Part shown: positions 1-8,308 of the stretch, piece by piece
Numbering within the stretch: the first letter of the stretch is position 1
Layout: each line of letters begins with the position of its first letter
NCBI GenBank assembly: GCA_964449165.1
Contig: CAYVAT010000002.1
Location: 53,436-117,435, forward strand
Length of the DNA stretch: 64,000 nt
Reading direction: 5' to 3'
Source of the DNA: an uncultured Eubacteriales bacterium
GTDB lineage: Bacteria > Acidobacteriota > Aminicenantia > Aminicenantales > Aminicenantaceae
The notes under the pieces: model-generated
Told to the model about the DNA's origin: nothing
What the model saw: only the letters and a program-made list of their open reading frames with translations
Database searches by the model: none
Position numbers and translations under genes: made by a program

Positions 1-503
1 CGTGCCAGACGAGAAAGAACCGTCCCCACCGGAAGATTCAGAATATCAGCTGTTTCCTGAGTCGAATACTGGTCGATAAGACGAAGCACTACGACCGCTC
101 GAAACTTAGGCTCAAGCTTTTGAATGCCCTGTTGAACAATTTCTTTAATCTCCTTGTTTTTTGTTGAATTGTTTGTATCAGCAACGTTTTCGATGATTCC
201 ATCAGATTTCGAAAAGAAAATTTTTCGTCGTCGTATGCGCCGCCTGAGTTCATTTATGGAAAGATTGATGGCGATTCGGGTGAGATAAGTCCCCACACTC
301 GATTCTCCTCTAAATTTATCCAGGGATTGATAGAATCGCATAAAGGTTTCCTGTCCAATATCTTCTGCCTCACCACATTTGCCTAACATGCTGATCACGG
401 TTGCCGCCACCTGATGTTCATATCTTCCGATGATCTCTTTAAAAGCGTTTTTATCCCCGTTTTTTACATTTTTTAGCAGTTCCTGATCGTTCTGTTCTGT
501 CAC
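1..503 (-). CDS. ECF (sigma-70 group IV) RNA polymerase sigma factor, 3' end runs off the window
   Basis: Hand translation from GTG at 503: VTEQNDQELLKNVKNGDKNAFKEIIGRYEHQV...AEDIGQETFMRFYQSLDKFRGESSVGTYLTRIAINLSINELRRR (region 2) and LEPKFRAVVVLRLIDQYSTQETADILNLPVGTVLSRLAR (region 4 HTH). Not in the ORF track because it lacks a stop inside the window. Confidence 0.93.
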   Translation of the reverse strand, partial: MTEQNDQELLKNVKNGDKNAFKEIIGRYEHQVAATVISMLGKCGEAEDIGQETFMRFYQSLDKFRGESSVGTYLTRIAINLSINELRRRIRRRKIFFSKSDGIIENVADTNNSTKNKEIKEIVQQGIQKLEPKFRAVVVLRLIDQYSTQETADILNLPVGTVLSRLA

Positions 504-561
504 GCTTTACCACAGCAGATTCTTGTCTTGGAAGATGATCTCTTTTTGTTTCTCTATTATT

Positions 562-590
562 TTAGACAATGAAATTATTCATTTTATTCC
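562..590 (-). promoter_or_regulatory. ECF-type promoter P1 (GGAATAAA-N15-GTCTAA) upstream of the ECF sigma gene
   Basis: Minus strand reads GGAAT-aaaatgaataatttcatt-GTCTAA. The same motif and spacing occur at 983-1011 and 4135-4163. ECF genes are commonly autoregulated. Confidence 0.7.
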
Positions 591-715
591 ATCATCTCAT
601 TTTAAATGATGTATATAGCCGACTACAAGAAAAAGTATGTTCCAGTAAGCTTCCTTATTTCCATGACAGTTACAACAGCAGTCAGGTAAGCTGGGCAATT
701 CGCCACCCGGAGGGG

Positions 716-814
716 CGCGGGCACTCGGGGTCAGGCTTCATCGGGAATGAAAGGACAAAACAAGAATAGAGCTTCTGGCATAACATGAATGACGAAGCCT
801 GACCCCAGAGGACA
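716..814. repeat. 99-bp REP/MITE-like palindromic element, copy 1
   Basis: Identical to 1034-1132 except one base. Internal 16-bp inverted repeat ggggtcaggcttcatc (727-742) / gacgaagcctgacccc (791-806), with 1 mismatch. Confidence 0.9.
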
Positions 815-831
815 TTTTTGGAATAATTTTT

Positions 832-977
832 AAAAAAAAGCCGGCTGTCGTCAGTGAAAGAGGGGTGTTAATGGGGGGATATAGGAGGGACAGCTCTCCC
901 CAACCGGCAAAAGAGAGCCATCTTTTCGGCCATTCAGTTTATGTATTATCATGGAAGTCACTCATTTTAACTTTGCT
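832..977 (-). ncRNA. Candidate ECF-dependent small RNA (CU-rich, intrinsic terminator)
   Basis: Lies directly downstream of promoter 983-1011. Stem gccggttg/cagccggc is followed by a U8 run (832-839 on plus is A8). The loop carries CCCUCCU, CCCCCC and CCCCUC tracts. Only an 8-codon ORF (MSDFHDNT) is present. The 5' end is estimated. Confidence 0.5.
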
Positions 978-982
978 CCTTG

Positions 983-1011
983 TTAGACAAGAAAACAGTG
1001 CTTTTTATTCC
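983..1011 (-). promoter_or_regulatory. ECF-type promoter P2 (GGAATAAA-N15-GTCTAA)
   Basis: Minus strand reads GGAAT-aaaaagcactgttttctt-GTCTAA, the same spacing as P1 and P3. Confidence 0.7.
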
Positions 1012-1033
1012 ATCTAAAATGAGAATATTTAAA

Positions 1034-1132
1034 CGCGGGCACTCGGGGTCAGGCTTCATCAGGAATGAAAGGACAAAACAAGAATAGAGCTTCTGGCATA
1101 ACATGAATGACGAAGCCTGACCCCAGAGGACA
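1034..1132. repeat. 99-bp REP/MITE-like palindromic element, copy 2
   Basis: Direct repeat of 716-814 with a 318-bp period. Inverted repeat arms at 1045-1060 and 1109-1124. Confidence 0.9.
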
Positions 1133-1296
1133 CAGCTCTGGTCCTTACATTGGACATTCAAGAAGATTTGATAGAAAATGAAGCTTGAGATAGAATTGAA
1201 AATCATATCTGTGTGTCGGATATCAAGCGACTTTAGGACAAAGCCGAAAACTTGAATCTGTTGATAAATTCAATAACAACAAAGTAAGGAGGAGCA

Positions 1297-3474
1297 ATGA
1301 ATCACAGAAAATTGGCTTTTTATTTTATCCCGTTGATCCTGTTGTTCTCATCTTTATTTCTCCTGCATGCTGATGAAGGCATGTATCTTCTGAACAAGAT
1401 CAACCAAGACACCTTGAAAAAGATGAGGGCCATGGGATTCGAGCTCTCTCTGGAAGATATTTATAATCCCCAGGGAACAGGGCTGGCCAGTGCTGTGATC
1501 AAAATGGGGGCCACAGCATCTTTTGTCTCTCCGAATGGATTGATTGTCACCAACCACCATGTAGCCTTTGGCGCAGTCCAGAGAATCAGCACCCCAGAGA
1601 AAAATTACATCGAGGAAGGCTTCTTAGCTCGCAGCTTGGAGGAAGAAGTTCCTGCTCCAGGTTATCAAGCTTCTATTCTTCTTTCTATAAAAGATGTCAC
1701 CAAGGAAGTTTTGTCTGCTGTTAAGGATGAGATGACAGATTACGAACGCCACCAAGCCATTGAAAAGAAGACAAAGGAGATTGTAAAGCAGGCAGAAGCC
1801 AAGGATGATGTGGAGTGCGAAGTCCATTCCATGAATTTCGGGATGCAGTATTTCCTTTTTACCTATCTTAAGATCAAAGACATTCGAGTCGTTTATGTTC
1901 CTGCTCGTTCCATCGGAGAATACGGAGGAGACATCGATAACTGGATGTGGCCGCGCCACACAGGTGATTTCTCTTTTCTCAGGGCATATGTCCGACCGGA
2001 CGGAAAGCCGGCCGGATATGCCAAGGATAATGTTCCCTATAAACCCAAGTCGTACCTCAAAATTTCAGCCCGAGGCATCAAGGAAGGCGATTTTGCCATG
2101 ATACTGGGCTTTCCGGGCCGAACATACAGGCATTTCACTTCTTATGCCATCGAGTCAGACATAATGTTCCGCTATCCCTCTCAAATCAAAACTGCCCAGG
2201 ATTTAATCCGTATTTTTGAGGAACACTCCAAAAAAGACAGAGGCGCAGCCCTTAAGCTATCTTCCCTTATCAAGGGTCTGAATAACATGCTCAAGAATAA
2301 CCAGGGGATGCTCGAGGGATTGGTAAAGACAAATCTTCTCGAGAAAAAAAGAGCAGAAGAGCAGGCCTTCCTCAAATTTCTGAACAAGAACCCCGAATGG
2401 CAGAATAAGTACGGGTCTGTATTGTCCCAGATAAAATCGCTCTATGAGGAGCAGAAAGAAATAAGGGATAAGAGCGCTTATCTGAGGTGGATGGGCCGCG
2501 GCAGTCCGATGATGAGTTTTGCTTTGACCATCAACAAATGGTCAATCGAGAAACAAAAGAAGGACATGGATCGAGAACCACGATACCAAGAGAGGGATCT
2601 TCCCCGGACAGAAATGAGACTAAAGGTGGCTCAGAGAAGCCTCGTTCCCAAGGCAGATAGAGAGGCTTTGAGCTATTTCCTGAAAAACATTCTGACCCTT
2701 CCGCCTGCTCAGAAAATCCAGGCTGTGGAAAAAATAGTGAGTAAGGATCCTAGCCTCTCAAAAGAACAAGCTGTCAGCAGATTCCTGGATAGGCTATATT
2801 CAGAAACACGGCTTGCATCAGCCGAGGAAAGAATTAAAATGCTTCATCTCCCCAGAAAAGAATTGCTGGCGCTTGATGATCCCTTTATCCAATTTGCCTC
2901 TGAGCTGGAAAATGAGAGGGGAGCTCTGGACCGAAAAAACAAGGAACTTTCCGGCGCTTTATCCCGTCTTATGCCCCTTTATCTAGAAGGAATTGAGGTT
3001 TGGAAAAAAACAACCCTTTTTCCTGATGCCAACGGAACCCTTCGCCTGAATTTTGGAGAGGTGAAAGGCTATTCTCCCCGGGATGCTGTCTGGTATGATT
3101 ATCTCACCTCTCTTTCGGGCGTAGTGGAAAAAAACACAGGGAAGGAGCCGTTTAATAATCCTGAAAGGCTCCTTGAAGTCTACCGCCAAGGAGACTTTGG
3201 CCCTTATGTAGACAAGAAAATAAATGATGTGCCTGTGAATTTTTTAACTACCAATGACAGCACAGGAGGAAATTCAGGGAGCCCTGTTCTTAATGGAAAG
3301 GGAGAGCTGATCGGCCTCCTTTTTGACGGCACCTATGAAGCCATGTACAGCGATTACTATTTCAACCCTGAATTGACCCGGACTATAAGCGTTGATATAC
3401 GCTACGTCCTGTTTATCGCTGATAAAGTGGATAAAGCCCTGAATGTTCTGGAAGAGCTGACCATCATCAGGTAG
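1297..3474 (+). CDS. S46 family dipeptidyl peptidase (DPP7-like), signal peptide
   Basis: ADEGMYL N-terminus, TNHHVA, DNWMWPRHTGDFSFLRAY and NDSTGGNSGSPV motifs. FDG (Gly rather than Arg as in DPP11) suggests DPP7-type specificity. RBS aaggaggag. Confidence 0.95.
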   Translation: MNHRKLAFYFIPLILLFSSLFLLHADEGMYLLNKINQDTLKKMRAMGFELSLEDIYNPQGTGLASAVIKMGATASFVSPNGLIVTNHHVAFGAVQRISTPEKNYIEEGFLARSLEEEVPAPGYQASILLSIKDVTKEVLSAVKDEMTDYERHQAIEKKTKEIVKQAEAKDDVECEVHSMNFGMQYFLFTYLKIKDIRVVYVPARSIGEYGGDIDNWMWPRHTGDFSFLRAYVRPDGKPAGYAKDNVPYKPKSYLKISARGIKEGDFAMILGFPGRTYRHFTSYAIESDIMFRYPSQIKTAQDLIRIFEEHSKKDRGAALKLSSLIKGLNNMLKNNQGMLEGLVKTNLLEKKRAEEQAFLKFLNKNPEWQNKYGSVLSQIKSLYEEQKEIRDKSAYLRWMGRGSPMMSFALTINKWSIEKQKKDMDREPRYQERDLPRTEMRLKVAQRSLVPKADREALSYFLKNILTLPPAQKIQAVEKIVSKDPSLSKEQAVSRFLDRLYSETRLASAEERIKMLHLPRKELLALDDPFIQFASELENERGALDRKNKELSGALSRLMPLYLEGIEVWKKTTLFPDANGTLRLNFGEVKGYSPRDAVWYDYLTSLSGVVEKNTGKEPFNNPERLLEVYRQGDFGPYVDKKINDVPVNFLTTNDSTGGNSGSPVLNGKGELIGLLFDGTYEAMYSDYYFNPELTRTISVDIRYVLFIADKVDKALNVLEELTIIR

Positions 3475-3490
3475 TGTTCTGAAAAAAGAA

Positions 3491-3521
3491 AAGCCCCTGC
3501 CTCATCACGGGGCAAGGGCTT
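3491..3521. terminator. Probable bidirectional intrinsic terminator
   Basis: Hairpin aagcccctgcctc / ggggcaagggctt between convergent genes, with an A-run on the left and T-rich sequence on the right. Confidence 0.65.
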
Positions 3522-3560
3522 GTTTGATAATCTTACGTACGGTGTGAGCCGTTTCTTCCT

Positions 3561-4082
3561 TTATTTCTTGATTCGATCTCTCATCGGCGGGCGCTGGGGG
3601 AACATCTCCCTTCCGCGGAAAAATTTTCTCTCGTGCAGTCGCTCTTTCATCGCTTCCTTCACGGCCTCTCGCTGCTCAGGAGTTAATATTTTCTGTATTT
3701 CCTCTCTGAGTTTTAATCCCTCTATAAACATATCATCCTCGTAACCGGATATCCTGGAGAGAACGGCTTTTATCTTTACATAATCAAGATTCTCTTTCTC
3801 CTGCATGAGCTTTCTCAAATTCAGCCTCTCCAGACTGATCTGATTCCTCATCTGAATCATCTTCTCCTCGAATGAAAAATCCAGGCTCTTGATCTTTTCG
3901 ATCTGACTGTCTGTGACTTTAAGCTCGTCCTTTTTTGCCTGTAAAATCCACAGAATTCTTACCGGTGGCCGCATCGCAAATTCTTCACCTCTTCTCATCC
4001 GGCGGTCTGGCTGGGCCAAGCTGCTTGAAGCAAACGCAGTCACAGTCAAGATAACCAAGAAAAGTTTCACGCCTTTTTTCAT
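3561..4082 (-). CDS. Spy/CpxP-family periplasmic protein
   Basis: Signal peptide MKKGVKLFLVILTVTAFASSSLAQ; LKVTDSQIEKI and ILTPEQRE (LTxxQ-type) motifs; helical and charged. RBS aaaggag before the ATG at 4082 (the ORF track starts earlier, at 4145). Confidence 0.85.
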   Translation of the reverse strand: MKKGVKLFLVILTVTAFASSSLAQPDRRMRRGEEFAMRPPVRILWILQAKKDELKVTDSQIEKIKSLDFSFEEKMIQMRNQISLERLNLRKLMQEKENLDYVKIKAVLSRISGYEDDMFIEGLKLREEIQKILTPEQREAVKEAMKERLHERKFFRGREMFPQRPPMRDRIKK

Positions 4083-4134
4083 CTTTTGCTCCTTTCTCTG
4101 TTTCTCGTTTCTCAAATTTTTCATCTTACAAATA

Positions 4135-4163
4135 TTAGACGACATTTCCCGATTATTTATTCC
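4135..4163 (-). promoter_or_regulatory. ECF-type promoter P3 upstream of the Spy-like gene
   Basis: GGAAT-aaataatcgggaaatgtc-GTCTAA, the same motif and spacing as P1 and P2. Confidence 0.7.
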
Positions 4164-4206
4164 AAAAAAATTAAATGGCCTCAGATTTCAGCCGAGAGGA
4201 AGGTCA

Positions 4207-5025
4207 TTAAAAGTTGAATGTTATTCCAAGTTGAGCAGTGATCAAATCAGTCCTGGATTTATGTACATCGTAGAAAAGCTCGTCATCCACCCTGAAGATG
4301 GATCCTTTTTTGAGATACTGTCCTTTGCTGCCTCTGATATAGCGTACCCGGAAGTCAATCAATACTGCCCATTTTTTTCTCTGATACGTCTGTTCTATTC
4401 TTTTCCGTGATCTCTCGTAGACTTTGATCATAAGTCCGAAACCACCCCCATAACTAAGAACCGTATCATCGAAGTTATTAGTGCTGATATCATTATCCCC
4501 GAAATTCGGATTGTTGATTCTGGTATCGGTGGTGATGTGATTAAACCCGACCAGGCCATCCAAATAGGGCCATATCCTGCCTTGTTTTACCTGGAAGCGA
4601 AACAACAGATGCCCCAATACAATACTGTTTACGGTTTTTAGATCCACATCAAAATCAGCATTCTTTGTTTGGATAACTTGGCTGAACTTTTCTGAGCCGT
4701 AAATCAAGTATCCGAAGGATACTCCGACACCAAAAGGCTTTGCAGCTGGAAAATATAAAAACTCAAGCCCAAAGCCGCCTCCTGCATTGCTGATATTATC
4801 TCTGAATTCACCCTGGGGGAAAAACCCCTGCCCGTTTATTCCTCCTTGAAAACGAGTCTGAGCATCTGCCTGAAGGACCAGCAACCCAAAAAACGCGATG
4901 ATCATAAAGAATGATGCTGTCAGCATGCTTTTAAAAATTAAAGGTTTCGTGTTCTTCTGGTATATTAATTTATCCACTTCTCCCTCCCTGTTCTGAATTT
5001 GTATCTTTATCATTAGATATATCAT
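4207..5025 (-). CDS. Outer-membrane beta-barrel protein (OmpA/porin-like 8-strand family); start uncertain
   Basis: Hydrophobic N-terminal segment, alternating beta-strand pattern (GFGLEFLY, YLDGLVGF, YGGGFGL) and C-terminal ...QLGITFNF. Confidence 0.75.
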   Translation of the reverse strand: MIYLMIKIQIQNREGEVDKLIYQKNTKPLIFKSMLTASFFMIIAFFGLLVLQADAQTRFQGGINGQGFFPQGEFRDNISNAGGGFGLEFLYFPAAKPFGVGVSFGYLIYGSEKFSQVIQTKNADFDVDLKTVNSIVLGHLLFRFQVKQGRIWPYLDGLVGFNHITTDTRINNPNFGDNDISTNNFDDTVLSYGGGFGLMIKVYERSRKRIEQTYQRKKWAVLIDFRVRYIRGSKGQYLKKGSIFRVDDELFYDVHKSRTDLITAQLGITFNF

Positions 5026-5197
5026 GCAAGCTTTATGCCATATATAACTGGTCCAGACAAGACTTCCCAGCCGCTTTTATGTCCTCTAATATGTACAGAT
5101 GTCTTAATAAAAGCAAACTCCGGTTCCTGAGGCACAACACATAACAAGCCTTCCATATCAAACGCAACAGGTTCGTCCCCTCTTGTTCTTAGCTTAT

Positions 5198-5227
5198 TTG
5201 ACATCGTATTTTTTCCCGTGCTATAAG
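5198..5227 (+). promoter_or_regulatory. Sigma70-type promoter of the fucosidase
   Basis: TTGACA (5198-5203) and extended -10 TGcTATAAG. Confidence 0.55.
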
Positions 5228-5252
5228 ATTTTTCATTGAGAAATAGAGATAA

Positions 5253-6755
5253 ATGATACAGGATGAAAACATTTTAAAGGGAAAAAGAGAGCGAGCCCTT
5301 CTGCTATTCATCATCATCTTGCTGACTCTTCTTGTATCCTGCTGTAAAACACCTCGGGACATTGTGCCGAATGAAGTCATCCCATCTGAAAGACAAATTG
5401 AATACCAGCAGATGGAGTTTATAGGATTTATTCATTTCTCAGTCAACACATTTACCGACAAAGAATGGGGATTCGGCGATGAATCACCCGACACTTTTTA
5501 TCCAGAGGCATTCGATGCCAGTCAATGGGCCAGAACAGCCAGGAGTGTGGGCATAAAAGAGCTGATTCTTACCGCCAAACACCATGATGGATTCTGCCTA
5601 TGGCCCTCGCAATTCACAGAGCATTCGATAAAAAACAGCCCATGGAAAAACGGAAAAGGAGATATCGTAAAAGAATTTGCTGATGCCTGTAGCAAGTATG
5701 GCTTGAAGGTGGGATTATATCTTTCCCCCTGGGACAGGAATCATGCTGATTATGGGAATCCCGAATACATTACTTATTACAGAAATCAACTGCGGGAGTT
5801 GTTAACGAATTATGGAGAAATTTCAGAAATCTGGTTTGACGGTGCAAACGGCGGATCGGGATACTATGGAGGAGCGAACGAAACGAGGTATATAGATCGC
5901 GCAACATATTACCAGTGGAAAGATACATGGTCGTTTGTGAAAAAACTCCAGCCCGATGTCCTGATTTTCTCGGACGCTGGCCCGGATATTAGATGGATTG
6001 GGAATGAGCAAGGGTATGCGGGCAAAACCAACTGGTCGACCATCAATACTGAGCATATTGTTGTCGGAAATGCAGATAATGAATATCTAAATGCCGGTGA
6101 TCCTGATGGGAAACAATGGACTGTTGGATTATGTGATGTCTCCATCCGACCGGGCTGGTTTTATCACGAAAAAGAGGACAGTCTGGTAAAAACCTCCCGC
6201 CAGCTTATTGATATTTATTATAAATCAGTGGGAAGAAATGCTGTTTTGCTGTTAAACATACCTCCCGACAAAAAAGGGTTGGTTCATGAGCAGGATGTCA
6301 AGGTTCTCGCCGAGTTCAGAAAAATCTTGGACGAGACATTTGCCAATAATCTTGCTAGAGGAAAAAAGGTTAAGGCAAGTAACTCTCGTCTCCGACACCG
6401 AAAATTTTCTCCTGACAATATTGTTGATGATGATAACACTACATATTGGGCAACAGATGATCACATTCATGAAGCGGTACTCGAAATTGACCTGGAAGAC
6501 AATCTATCGTTTGACCGAATAGTGCTCCAAGAGCCTATACGTTTCGGCCAAAGAATATCAGAATTTGAAATCAAGGGACATATCAATGGCAAATGGATGA
6601 CAATAGCTCAGGGGACCACAATCGGGTACAAAAGGCTGCTGCGAATTCCTCAGATTCAGGCTGATAAAATCAGGATATTAATAAAAAAATCCAACAACAT
6701 TCCTGCAATCTCTAATTTCGGGATATACAGAGCTTCGGAAAAAGAAGGATTTTGA
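5253..6755 (+). CDS. GH29 alpha-L-fucosidase, lipoprotein, C-terminal F5/8-type (CBM32-like) domain
   Basis: FIHFSVNTF, TAKHHDGFCLWPS, EIWFDGA (nucleophile), SIRPGWFYH, SVGRNAVLLLNIPP motifs; lipobox LVSC. Confidence 0.95.
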   Translation: MIQDENILKGKRERALLLFIIILLTLLVSCCKTPRDIVPNEVIPSERQIEYQQMEFIGFIHFSVNTFTDKEWGFGDESPDTFYPEAFDASQWARTARSVGIKELILTAKHHDGFCLWPSQFTEHSIKNSPWKNGKGDIVKEFADACSKYGLKVGLYLSPWDRNHADYGNPEYITYYRNQLRELLTNYGEISEIWFDGANGGSGYYGGANETRYIDRATYYQWKDTWSFVKKLQPDVLIFSDAGPDIRWIGNEQGYAGKTNWSTINTEHIVVGNADNEYLNAGDPDGKQWTVGLCDVSIRPGWFYHEKEDSLVKTSRQLIDIYYKSVGRNAVLLLNIPPDKKGLVHEQDVKVLAEFRKILDETFANNLARGKKVKASNSRLRHRKFSPDNIVDDDNTTYWATDDHIHEAVLEIDLEDNLSFDRIVLQEPIRFGQRISEFEIKGHINGKWMTIAQGTTIGYKRLLRIPQIQADKIRILIKKSNNIPAISNFGIYRASEKEGF

Positions 6756-6852
6756 ATGGATTCAAATCAGCAACACCAGTGATATGTCTATTCGGTGTGT
6801 CAGGAGTCGGAGGATGGACGAAATTGTAATCTTTTCTAAAAAGCTCAAAGTT

Positions 6853-6881
6853 TTGACCATAACCTTCCATTGTGCTATAAA
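6853..6881 (+). promoter_or_regulatory. Sigma70-type promoter of the MFP/permease pair
   Basis: TTGACC-N17-TATAAA with an extended TG. Confidence 0.55.
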
Positions 6882-7006
6882 TAATATACTAGTTCAGAAA
6901 ACGAAATATAACATAAATGGGGGATTTGTTATCATATAAGTCTTTTATTCAAGCCTGAGAATGCAACTCTTCTCCATGACAAAATGTTTTTGAATATGGA
7001 GGGGTT

Positions 7007-8266
7007 ATGAAAAAGAAAATAATCTTTGGGATACCGATAATTATTCTGCTTTTTGCCGTGGTTATTATTCTGGTTCAGAGAGGCTCAAAGTTGGCTGTGG
7101 CTTCGACTAAGGTCGATTATGGGGAATTTGTTATCAAGCTAATCGAATCTGGAGAAGTATCTGCTATTCATTCAGTAAGTGTCTCTGCACCCCGCATCAG
7201 GGGAAGACTTCAGATAAACAAGCTGATAAAAGACGGAAGTAAAGTCAAACAAGGAGACATTGTGGTCCAGTTTGACATGGTAGAAACACAGCAGGAGATG
7301 TTGAAAAGCCTTTCTGATTTGAAAATTGCCCAAAATGAAATCGAAAAAAAACTATCGGATATAGAAAGTCAAAACAGAACCAACCAGATGGAATTAGATA
7401 ACACTAAGCTCCAGTATGAGGAGGCAAAGCTGGAGTTGAAAAAAACAATACTGCTTTCCGAAGTTGAGCAAGAAAAAATTAGGCTTCGCTATGACCAGGC
7501 AGAAAAGAAGTACCAAGAAACTCTGAAGAAAATGGAATCTCAAAGCATGTCCAATAAGGCAGATCTGAATGTCCTGCGTGAAAAAAAGGCTAAAGCAGAG
7601 GCAGACTATAAAATGGCCAAAAAAAGCCTGGAGGACATGACACTTCGAGCACCAAAAGAAGGATTGGTTGTCTTAAGAGAAATATGGAAAGGAACAGGAA
7701 TGGGAAAAGTTCAGGAAGGAGATCAAGTCTGGCCTGGATATCCAATCCTTGAAATCCCGGATCTTTCAGCCATGGAGATTAAAATGCACCTGAATGAAGT
7801 GGATGTATCCAAAGTCAAGCCTGGACAGGAAGCTTTGATCAGCATAGATGCCTTCCCAGACAAGGTTTTCAGCGGCAAAGTCGAGAGAGTCGCTTCCATG
7901 GCCACTAAAAAAGACTGGGATGCCAAGATAAAAACCTTTGAAACGATTGTCTCTCTGAACGAGATGGACCCTCGAATGAGGCCTGGCATGACATGTATGG
8001 CGGACATTATAATCAAAAAAATTCCTGATGTTGTCTCTGTACCGATCGACTCAGTTTTTGAAAGAGAGGGCAAGACGATCGTCTATGTGATTGGAAGTCG
8101 GTCTTTCAAGAAGAAAGAGGTCACCTTGGGAGAGAGGAACACAACTCATATAATCGTTAAGCAGGGACTTTCTCCTGGAGATAAGATCGCTTTGAGAGAT
8201 CCTTTTGCAGGACCAGAAGCCGAGGAGGCTTCCACCCTCAAGAAAGCCACTCCAGAGAAAAGCTGA
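7007..8266 (+). CDS. Periplasmic adaptor / membrane fusion protein (MacA/HlyD family)
   Basis: N-terminal TM, lipoyl-like halves (GSKVKQGDIVV, TLRAPKEGLV), long coiled coil, EVDVSKVKPGQ, RPGMT. Confidence 0.92.
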   Translation: MKKKIIFGIPIIILLFAVVIILVQRGSKLAVASTKVDYGEFVIKLIESGEVSAIHSVSVSAPRIRGRLQINKLIKDGSKVKQGDIVVQFDMVETQQEMLKSLSDLKIAQNEIEKKLSDIESQNRTNQMELDNTKLQYEEAKLELKKTILLSEVEQEKIRLRYDQAEKKYQETLKKMESQSMSNKADLNVLREKKAKAEADYKMAKKSLEDMTLRAPKEGLVVLREIWKGTGMGKVQEGDQVWPGYPILEIPDLSAMEIKMHLNEVDVSKVKPGQEALISIDAFPDKVFSGKVERVASMATKKDWDAKIKTFETIVSLNEMDPRMRPGMTCMADIIIKKIPDVVSVPIDSVFEREGKTIVYVIGSRSFKKKEVTLGERNTTHIIVKQGLSPGDKIALRDPFAGPEAEEASTLKKATPEKS

Positions 8267-8308
8267 TCCAGATGAGGAGTCATTGCAAACAGAGGATAGA
8301 TCAAATCC

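Noticed and set aside
676-715. gcagtcaggtaagctgggc... considered as SRP RNA or a riboswitch
   Set aside because: It lacks the SRP domain IV signature (CAGG..GNRA..AGCAG) and any riboswitch core I recognise.
716-1132. Two 99-bp repeats considered as a CRISPR array
   Set aside because: There are only two units, repeat (99 bp) and spacer (219 bp) lengths are far outside CRISPR ranges, and no cas genes are present.
5022-5204. 60-aa ORF upstream of the OMP gene
   Set aside because: No RBS or recognisable motif, and it overlaps the fucosidase promoter; at most a remnant.
6903-6932. ataacataaat...atttgttat imperfect palindrome, Xer-like half site
   Set aside because: There is no second arm at 6-bp spacing; it is likely an AT-rich promoter-region coincidence.
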